Part shown: in pieces, positions 49,768 to 57,550 of the stretch
Layout of the letters: every line of letters starts with the position of its first letter
How positions within the stretch are numbered: the stretch's first letter is position 1
The notes under the pieces: model-generated
What the model saw: the letters and a program-made list of their open reading frames with translations, nothing else
Databases searched by the model: none
Told to the model about the DNA's origin: nothing
IMG/VR virus record: IMGVR_UViG_3300028886_000051
DNA: 64,000 bases
Source: a virus
Taxonomy: Duplodnaviria > Caudoviricetes
Direction: 5' to 3' (one strand)
Program-made: the position numbers and the translations under genes

Positions 49768-50982
49768 TTGAAGGTACAAAGATGTGAGCAGCATAATATA
49801 AAGTATGGAACTGATTTTTATAAATTTATTGATGAAATGTGTTTCAAGTCAAAGAATTTATACAATTATGCAAATTATATTATTCGTCAAGAGTTTATAA
49901 ATAATAGAAATTGGATTCAATATAATCAGTTATTTCATTTAGTTAAAGAATCCGAACCTTATAAGGATATTGGCAATAATACAGGTCAAGGTACTTTAAG
50001 AATTTTAGACAAAGCTTGGAAATCTTTTTTTAAGTCAATTAAAGATTGGAAGAAGAATCCAAATAAATATTTAGGTAGACCTAAACTTCCAAAATATTTA
50101 AAAAAGGATGGACGTTTTGTACTGTCCCTTGATAGCAACAAAGTGAAGTTGAAAGATGAATATGTATATTTTGCATGGAAGCCATTTAAACCATACAATA
50201 ATATGTTTAAGACAAACGCACAAGAGAGAATATTACAATGCAGATTCATTCCTAGATGTAGGAAGTATGTAATGGAAATCGTCTATGAAATCGAAGTACC
50301 AGACGTTTCAGAAACTTCTGATAGAGTAGCTGCTATTGATATTGGAGTTGATAATTTCATAACTATGGTAAACAACATTGGTGAAAATCCAATAGCTGTT
50401 AAAGGTGGAGTTATTAAGTCAATTAATCAGTTTTACAATAAACAGAAAGCAAATATTCAGTCAGAGTTGAAGAAAGTTAACGGAAAAGATTGGTCGAACA
50501 AGTTACAGAAACTTACAGACAAGCGGTATGAAATGATTAAATATCAGATGCATTGTATAAGTAAGTATGTAGTTGATTGGTGTGTCTTATATGGAATTGA
50601 CACATTGATTGTAGGACACAACGATGAATGGAAACAAAATAAACAAGGTATGCAGAACTTTACTTACATTCCATATGAACTATTTATTCAGATGCTTGCA
50701 TATAAATGTGAGAACAACGGAATTAGATTCATAGAAAATGAGGAAGCATATACTTCTGGAACATCATTTCTTGATAATGAAGATCCTGTAAAAGAGAACT
50801 ACAATAAGGAACGCAGAGTTCATAGAGGATTATTCATTGCAGATTGTGGAAAAAAGATAAATGCAGATGTAAATGGAGCATATCAAATATTAAAGAAGGT
50901 AATTCCTGAAGCTTTTAGCAAGGGAATAGAGGGTGCAGGTTCACACCCAACAATTATTAACTTGGCTATGCTGAGAGCGTAA
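49768..50982 (+). CDS. tnpB: TnpB-family endonuclease (rearranged RuvC-II, no Zn finger)
   Basis: IDIGVDN, ENEEAYTS, NADVNGAYQI. Confidence 0.88.
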   Translation: MKVQRCEQHNIKYGTDFYKFIDEMCFKSKNLYNYANYIIRQEFINNRNWIQYNQLFHLVKESEPYKDIGNNTGQGTLRILDKAWKSFFKSIKDWKKNPNKYLGRPKLPKYLKKDGRFVLSLDSNKVKLKDEYVYFAWKPFKPYNNMFKTNAQERILQCRFIPRCRKYVMEIVYEIEVPDVSETSDRVAAIDIGVDNFITMVNNIGENPIAVKGGVIKSINQFYNKQKANIQSELKKVNGKDWSNKLQKLTDKRYEMIKYQMHCISKYVVDWCVLYGIDTLIVGHNDEWKQNKQGMQNFTYIPYELFIQMLAYKCENNGIRFIENEEAYTSGTSFLDNEDPVKENYNKERRVHRGLFIADCGKKINADVNGAYQILKKVIPEAFSKGIEGAGSHPTIINLAMLRA

Positions 50983-51016
50983 TGTAAAGGGGATTATAAA
51001 ACCCCATGAATTCCGT

Positions 51017-51304
51017 ATTTCCTTCCCTGAGAAAACTATCTGGTTGTATACAGGGTTTAAATGGGATGATATTATGTGTTCTTTTGCAGGATTACAAGCT
51101 GATCACGTTGTATCAAATGAGAAAGATATTGAAGCGTGGGAAAAGAGAAGAGAAATAATTTCGCTATGCGATATTCTCGTTGACGGGGAATATATAGATG
51201 AGCAGAAAGACCTTACATTGAAGTGGAGGGGTTCAAAAAACCAAAACTGTATTGATGTAAAGCAATCTCTTGCTCAGAATAAAATTGTTTTATATTGTGA
51301 TTAA
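51017..51304 (+). pseudogene. nrdG: 3' remnant of a second, divergent nrdG allele
   Basis: ISFPEKTIWLYTGF...DILVDGEY...WRGSKNQ; lacks the N-terminal CxxxCxxC. Confidence 0.85.
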
Positions 51305-51320
51305 AGGAGAGGAGTAACAA

Positions 51321-51875
51321 ATGCCAAGAAAAACATTAGCAAATACAGAACTACCTATTGAAGAAACAGACATAGAAGAAGGTACATTACCTTTCTTCTT
51401 AATAGATGATGAATATGGTATAGCCTGTGACCAATATTGTTATATGTTGTGTAAAAAGAAACGTGCAAATAGAACAATAAAGGACGAAGATGGCAAACCT
51501 AACCATATAGAGTCATATTGGTCTTGGACACCTTTTAAGTATACGGGTACATTTCAATCTATTATGGAAACATATGTAGAACAGAAGGAACGTGGCTTAA
51601 ATAAAAGAATAGTAAAGTCAAAGGACTTTAAGCAAATACTTGAAACATATAATAAAATTCATAAAATTATATCAAATTCATTAGATGTAGAAGGCTTAAA
51701 CAAATCTTTTATGTCAGTAACAAGTTTACTAGATCAAAAAGAAAAACTTTTACAAGAGATTTCAGAAGTACACGAACTAAAGGAAGACCTATTAAAAGAG
51801 TACAATGAATTACAAACCTTAATAAAAGAAAAACGAAAGATTATTGTAGATAAACACAAACCATTAAAAAATTAG
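51321..51875 (+). CDS. Hypothetical protein
   Basis: ORF with SD. Confidence 0.7.
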   Translation: MPRKTLANTELPIEETDIEEGTLPFFLIDDEYGIACDQYCYMLCKKKRANRTIKDEDGKPNHIESYWSWTPFKYTGTFQSIMETYVEQKERGLNKRIVKSKDFKQILETYNKIHKIISNSLDVEGLNKSFMSVTSLLDQKEKLLQEISEVHELKEDLLKEYNELQTLIKEKRKIIVDKHKPLKN

Positions 51876-51887
51876 GAGGAAAAATAC

Positions 51888-52319
51888 ATGGAGACTATTA
51901 AAATTAAATATTTTGATAATGAGATAGATAAAATAGAAAAGATTAATAAGGGTGATTTAATTGACCTTCGTGCAGCAGAAACAGTAGAAATGAAAAAGGG
52001 TGATTTTAAATTAATTAAGCTCGGTGTCGGTATGAAGCTACCTGATGGATATAAAGCTAATATGTATCCACGTAGCAGTACATATAAAAATTTTGGTATT
52101 ATTTTAGCTAATAGTGTAGGACAGATTGATAATAGTTATAGCGGGGATTCAGATGAATGGAAATTTCCTGCAATAGCATTAAGGGACACAGTAATTCATA
52201 AAAATGATAGAATATGTCAATTTGAGATTCAGAGGATTCAGCCAGAGATTGAGTTTATAGAAGTTGAACATTTAGATGAAGAATCAAGAGGCGGTATTGG
52301 TTCTACTGGAATGAGATAG
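51888..52319 (+). CDS. dut: Trimeric dUTPase
   Basis: [30 protein letters not shown]. Confidence 0.93.
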   Translation: METIKIKYFDNEIDKIEKINKGDLIDLRAAETVEMKKGDFKLIKLGVGMKLPDGYKANMYPRSSTYKNFGIILANSVGQIDNSYSGDSDEWKFPAIALRDTVIHKNDRICQFEIQRIQPEIEFIEVEHLDEESRGGIGSTGMR

Positions 52320-52361
52320 TAAATAAAATATTAATAAGGCATAAAAAGCGAGGAGATAAAA

Positions 52362-52493
52362 ATAGACCACGAATATAAAGAAGGAAATATAAAAGTTATA
52401 ATTCAAATGCCTGAAGAAAACCCAAATGACGAAAAAATAAAAAATGAAGTAAAAAAAATAATGCAGGATGAATTGATATTTTTATTGAAATAA
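52362..52493 (+). CDS. 43-aa ORF with ATA start; candidate recombination directionality factor
   Basis: GAGGAG SD; immediately upstream of the recombinase. Confidence 0.35.
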   Translation: MDHEYKEGNIKVIIQMPEENPNDEKIKNEVKKIMQDELIFLLK

Positions 52494-52574
52494 GAAAAGT
52501 AAATGGGTATAATTTAGTGTATACAAATCTAATAATAATTTTTGTATACACTATTTTTTTTAGGAGTGATTTTA

Positions 52575-54320
52575 ATGAAGAAAGTAAGAATACTTTTAAG
52601 AGTAAGTTCCAATCAACAGTTAGAAGCCGATGGCGATTTAACAGTTCAAAGAGAAATTGTTTTAGACTATATTTCTAAACATGATGATTGGGAATTAGAT
52701 AATAAAGAATATTTTGAAGGTAGCAATAGTGGATATAAAAATGCAGTCAAAGACAGAGATGTATTGCAAGAGGCACTATCTGATGCAAAAAATAATGAGT
52801 ATGATATTCTCGTAGTATACAAAGATGATAGAATTGGTAGACGCATGTGGGAGATTGGTTCATATGTAATGCAACTAAAATCATATGGTGTTGATATTTA
52901 TACAACAAAAGATGGTTGTATATCGCCTGAAAGTAACGATGTTATGGGGCAGATGATGCTTGCGTTACGATATGGTAATGCACAAAAATCAAGCTCTGAT
53001 ACGGGACAAAGAGTAAAGGATACAGCCCAAAAACTAGTTAAACGTGGTAAATTTATGGGTGGAAAAGCACCTTATGGCTATGAGCTTGTATTGTCAGGAG
53101 AATTATCTAAACATGGAAGAGCTTTGCATAAATTAAAGAAAATACCAGAACAAGTAGAAGTTGTGAAATATATATATGATTTATCATTAAATAAGGAATT
53201 TGGTTCATCTAAAATTGCAAAAATTTTAAATGAGGATACTTATTATCATAGTTTAGCACCAAATGACGATTGGAAAAATGGAACAGTTACCTCAATTTTA
53301 ACAAATCCTATTTATTGTGGAATTACTGCTTATAAACGAAGAGAAAAAATTGATGGTAAATATCATTCTTTAGATTCAAAAGATTGGGTTTATGCAGATA
53401 AAATAAATGAAGAAATTGCAATAATAGACAAAGATATTTGGAACAATGTACAAGAAAAAAGAAGTAATCGTTCAGTGAGATATAGAGAAGGGGTATTAAA
53501 GGAAAAGGGGATAAATGTACTATTAAGAAATGACGGAGAATTGGCATTAATTGATGTTGCGTATTGTGGATATTGTGGCAGAAAATTAACAAATGGAACT
53601 AAATACAATTATTGGACAATAAAAGGTACTGGCGAAAAAAGAGCAAGTAAAATTCCAATATATAAATGTCAAACTGCTTGGTCTGGTGTTCCACATGATA
53701 GTACAAAAATGTATAGAGCTGATAAAATAGAAGAAATTGTTTTTAAATATGTAGCACAATATATTTCTATTTTACAAGATAATTCAGAAGTATATGAAAA
53801 GATACAAGAGAATAATAAAAAAGAAAGAGAATTATTTAACCAAAAAATAAAGAAAGAGAAACAAGAACTTGATAAAATAATTGATGGAATAGAAGTAATG
53901 AAAAGCCATCTTCCAGAAGCAATGTTGGGAAATTATCCATTAAGTGTTGAAATCATTGCTGATACAATAAAACAATTTGAAGAAAAAGAAAAAATACAAA
54001 AACAAAAAATACAAGAATTAAAGCAACAATATGAAGAAATGGAAATCGAAGAACAGGATTGGGATGAAGTATGTAAAATCATTCCTTCATGGATAGAAGT
54101 TTTTAATAATGCAGATAAAAAAACTAAACGTGTCTTAATCAATAAATTAGTTGATAAGGTTATTATCAAAAAAGATGAAATAACAGTTAAATTTAAGATA
54201 AATCTTAGTAAGCCCAGGCAACTCCAACCACGAATAAGTGAATACAATGGGGTACAGGAACAGCTACTCATTCGTGGTTACAGGAACATAATATTAAAGG
54301 ATTTAATAATTCAATATTAA
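52575..54320 (+). CDS. Large serine recombinase (integrase)
   Basis: LLRVSS, DRIGR, PYGY, NPIYCG, CGYCG Zn ribbon, coiled coil. Confidence 0.92.
   Translation: MKKVRILLRVSSNQQLEADGDLTVQREIVLDYISKHDDWELDNKEYFEGSNSGYKNAVKDRDVLQEALSDAKNNEYDILVVYKDDRIGRRMWEIGSYVMQLKSYGVDIYTTKDGCISPESNDVMGQMMLALRYGNAQKSSSDTGQRVKDTAQKLVKRGKFMGGKAPYGYELVLSGELSKHGRALHKLKKIPEQVEVVKYIYDLSLNKEFGSSKIAKILNEDTYYHSLAPNDDWKNGTVTSILTNPIYCGITAYKRREKIDGKYHSLDSKDWVYADKINEEIAIIDKDIWNNVQEKRSNRSVRYREGVLKEKGINVLLRNDGELALIDVAYCGYCGRKLTNGTKYNYWTIKGTGEKRASKIPIYKCQTAWSGVPHDSTKMYRADKIEEIVFKYVAQYISILQDNSEVYEKIQENNKKERELFNQKIKKEKQELDKIIDGIEVMKSHLPEAMLGNYPLSVEIIADTIKQFEEKEKIQKQKIQELKQQYEEMEIEEQDWDEVCKIIPSWIEVFNNADKKTKRVLINKLVDKVIIKKDEITVKFKINLSKPRQLQPRISEYNGVQEQLLIRGYRNIILKDLIIQY
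54226..54279. other. Candidate attP inside the integrase 3' end
   Basis: AACCACGAATAAGT...ACTCATTCGTGGTT (13/14 inverted match), 54 bp span. Confidence 0.6.
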
Positions 54321-54333
54321 AAATCGTAAAAAA

Positions 54334-54365
54334 TAGGGTATGTAGAAATTAATCTACATACCCTA
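54334..54365. terminator. Hairpin terminator between convergent integrase and endolysin genes
   Basis: tagggtatgtaga/tctacatacccta 13-bp stem; upstream A-run gives a U-tail on the minus strand. Confidence 0.8.
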
Positions 54366-54368
54366 AAA

Positions 54369-55274
54369 TTATCTTTTTTCAAGCACAATCTGAACCGCTT
54401 CGATACGTCTTTTCTGACCTGTTGTACCTGCCACGTTACCATTAGTAACCCAAGTACCCCAGCCAATACCCTGCATGTGTACTCTGTATTTTAATACATA
54501 TTTATCAGCATTGCTACCACAAAGTGATAACTTTATTGCTTCCATACGAAGTTTTCTTCCTTTAGTACCAATATAATTACCATTGCCGAATATAACCTGA
54601 TTCTGCCAGCCTATACCCTGTACGTGTGCCTGTCCTGCAATACCCACTCCAGGTGCATTGTCCAATCCAACAATACTTAGTGCTTCAAGCCTTAATGCTC
54701 TGCCTGTAGTTCCGCAGACTTCACCATCTTTAACAACCGATGTATCACCAAGATTTTCGCAATGACCTTTATATTTAATGCTAGGTTTTGCAGTATCTTT
54801 ATTTTTTTTACTTGTACTCATATCATATGTAATATAAGACTGTAATAACCAATGTGTAAATTTAGCATTACTTAACTTATTTTTTCTACAACCATAGGCA
54901 GAGCCATCTTCGGCTACATACATAGGAACACCATTTTCATAACCAATGAATATTCCTACATGCCCCTGCCTCCATACAGTAGCACCAATAGGAGCTTCGT
55001 TTATAGTTGAAATAGACTGTCTCTTAACAGCATCGGCATATAATTGACTACTGCCCAACATTTTATTTGTATACCACGAAATTAAGCCTGAACAATCGCA
55101 GCATACTTTACCAATCTTCTTTGAATCACTATTCCAAACATAGCTAACGCCATACATTTTCTGTAACTCAATAAACTTAGCCTTAGTTAATACTTGTCCC
55201 TTCATTCCATAAACATAAGGTGTTCCAATTTTTGATAATCCAAAATTTGCTAATCCATGACCTGTTAAACTCAT
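54369..55274 (-). CDS. Endolysin (NlpC/P60-like amidase + ChW repeats)
   Basis: PYVYG, DCSGL, GHVGI; repeated HVQGIGW/GTTG..RLEA. Confidence 0.85.
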   Translation of the reverse strand: MSLTGHGLANFGLSKIGTPYVYGMKGQVLTKAKFIELQKMYGVSYVWNSDSKKIGKVCCDCSGLISWYTNKMLGSSQLYADAVKRQSISTINEAPIGATVWRQGHVGIFIGYENGVPMYVAEDGSAYGCRKNKLSNAKFTHWLLQSYITYDMSTSKKNKDTAKPSIKYKGHCENLGDTSVVKDGEVCGTTGRALRLEALSIVGLDNAPGVGIAGQAHVQGIGWQNQVIFGNGNYIGTKGRKLRMEAIKLSLCGSNADKYVLKYRVHMQGIGWGTWVTNGNVAGTTGQKRRIEAVQIVLEKR

Positions 55275-55276
55275 AA

Positions 55277-57541
55277 TTAATTACTCCCTTCTGCGTTTTC
55301 TAACTTTTCAATTCTTGAAAGCAAATCATTATACTTGTTTTCAAGCTCTGTATTTTTATTTTTTAATTCTTCAATTTCTTTTTCATGTTCCTGAACTACT
55401 TTTATAAGTGGGGATATGAATTCTTCATATCGAAGTGAATATATATATTCACCTTCAATTTCTTCTGTTTTTATCTCGGTTAAAGGCGTTCCATCAGAAT
55501 TTAGAACAGCTTCTCCATTATCATCTAATACATCAACTACATATTCTTTTAATTTTGGTGATTTAACAAAACCCGCAAAATCTAGTGAAGACAAATGCAA
55601 GTCATTAAGTAATTGTTCTATATCTTGAGAAATTATGCCATAATGTGTTCTTCCTGAAGTACCATCATTATATTTATAAGCTTTTGGTTGCACACCCAAT
55701 ATAATAGATTTAGCCAATTCTCTAGTAATATCCGATATATCATGTTTTTCATTTTTATCTGAGGTTACAATGGTAGAACTTGCAGCGCAAATACTAGCCC
55801 ATCTGTGGTTAGAAAGTCCTAAATTTAATGGTGCACATCTTATATTAAATGCATCAGAAATAACTGAACTACCATTACCACATGGTCTAAACGATTTAGT
55901 ATCTATTACAACACCATATTTAATACCAGTTGAGCCATACATAGCAGTTTCTACATGATCTACACCATTAACAGATATAGTAGAATTATTACTTTCATTT
56001 ATTTTTACATATTTATCACTATTACCTATACGAATAAAATCAGTACAATCAAAGTAATTTGTAGTAATTCCTGTTGTATCTATTCTTGTATTAAAACCAT
56101 TTTGTGTGCTACCAAGTAATATTTCAGAAGTTTGTCCATTACCCATTGGGGATGCCGAGTTGGTACATCTAAGATGTAATGCACCTAAAGCATATGGTTT
56201 ACCATTAAAATAAGGAATTAAAGATATATGTCCATCTTCTATTGTTAACTCGGAAGTTACACGGGTTTCAGATCCACCACTGCTCTCACTGATAAGTGAT
56301 TCTTGACGAATATTTCCGCCTGTTATTTCAATATTCTTTAAATAGCCTTTTTCATTTTCAGGATCAACTGTAAAAACAGGACTTATGATATTTCCATTAT
56401 TAAGATTTAAAAATGTTCCGTCTTTAGAATATGGTGTTGTTGTTTCATCTGGATCGATATAATTTTTAGATTTAATGGCATCAGTTGCTATTTTATTGAC
56501 AGTAACAGCACCATCAACTAACATATTTCCATTAACCTTAACAGTACCGTTTAAAGAAATAGTGTCTGCAACCACTTTAGCCATTTTATTAGTTAATGTA
56601 ATGCTTCCTTCAGAATCTAAACTTGATACAACGGCATTTATTTTATCGGAAGAAACTTTAAGAGTTGCTTGTTCCTCAACTGGATTAATTGACCAATCAG
56701 TAGCTTTATTACCACGTTCCATCTTGAAATTCCAGAATGAATGTGTTGAGCCTTTTTTATTTACATCTACTCGCAAGTAATATCTACCACTTTCAGGACA
56801 TTTAAAAGTAAATGGAAGGCTACTTATTCTAAAAAAAGTTGTATACGCCATATCTTTTAAAAAAAATACTTCAACAGTATCTCCTCCGTTTATACCGTAT
56901 ATTCCGTCTGTTTTACAATTAAATGTGTATGTTTCGTCTTTTTCTAAATCTACATATATATTGTCAAACGTTTTAACAAAATCGTCCCTTGTAGCCGTTA
57001 TAGATAATTTGTTGTTTTCAGTATATATTGTTGAACCATTAATTAAATTGGCTGCACCAATATTTAAGTTTTTAATAGCTTCTATAGTATAATCCTCAGA
57101 AGTCTGTTGAGCTTTAGTAATTTTACTATTAACATCTTCGATAGTAGAGTAATCACTAAATTTTGTTTCTATTTTACCTATTTGGGTTGTATGACTGTTT
57201 GAAGTATCTATAACAGAATTTATGGCATCTTTCATATTAACCACTTTACCATCAGACTTTGTGATAGTAGTTTCACCAATAATAGTCTTTACGGAATTAT
57301 CACTTTCTGTTTTTGTATAATAATTTGTTTTTAACTCATTGTAGATTTTTCCAAATTCACCAGACATATCATTTACATTATGCCATTTTTTATCTTTAGA
57401 ACTATAATATTTTAATATATTCTGTCCATCATTTGTATCTAACCATAGTTCATTATCTTTTGGATTAGCAGGTGCATTAACACCTACTGTAACATCTTTT
57501 CCTTTTACATTTATAATTATTGAGCCTGTTGTTGAACCCAT
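55277..57541 (-). CDS. Tail fibre with peptidase S74 chaperone domain
   Basis: TSDKNEKHDI, HYGIISQD, LRYEEFISPLIK, C-terminal coiled coil. Confidence 0.85.
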   Translation of the reverse strand: MGSTTGSIIINVKGKDVTVGVNAPANPKDNELWLDTNDGQNILKYYSSKDKKWHNVNDMSGEFGKIYNELKTNYYTKTESDNSVKTIIGETTITKSDGKVVNMKDAINSVIDTSNSHTTQIGKIETKFSDYSTIEDVNSKITKAQQTSEDYTIEAIKNLNIGAANLINGSTIYTENNKLSITATRDDFVKTFDNIYVDLEKDETYTFNCKTDGIYGINGGDTVEVFFLKDMAYTTFFRISSLPFTFKCPESGRYYLRVDVNKKGSTHSFWNFKMERGNKATDWSINPVEEQATLKVSSDKINAVVSSLDSEGSITLTNKMAKVVADTISLNGTVKVNGNMLVDGAVTVNKIATDAIKSKNYIDPDETTTPYSKDGTFLNLNNGNIISPVFTVDPENEKGYLKNIEITGGNIRQESLISESSGGSETRVTSELTIEDGHISLIPYFNGKPYALGALHLRCTNSASPMGNGQTSEILLGSTQNGFNTRIDTTGITTNYFDCTDFIRIGNSDKYVKINESNNSTISVNGVDHVETAMYGSTGIKYGVVIDTKSFRPCGNGSSVISDAFNIRCAPLNLGLSNHRWASICAASSTIVTSDKNEKHDISDITRELAKSIILGVQPKAYKYNDGTSGRTHYGIISQDIEQLLNDLHLSSLDFAGFVKSPKLKEYVVDVLDDNGEAVLNSDGTPLTEIKTEEIEGEYIYSLRYEEFISPLIKVVQEHEKEIEELKNKNTELENKYNDLLSRIEKLENAEGSN

Positions 57542-57550
57542 TTTTAATTA

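Larger units (their letters stand above)
2335..51023 (+). repeat. Dispersed family of 21 quasi-palindromic 18-bp sites AWGAAW-N6-TTTCHT
   Basis: Starts at 2335, 4537, 6624, 7696, 11257, 15553, 16556, 17323, 18811, 19970, 21973, 23041, 24916, 26543, 26745, 39849, 40458, 40780, 41089, 46749, 51006; nearly all at gene boundaries; several have 1-2 arm mismatches. Confidence 0.85.
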
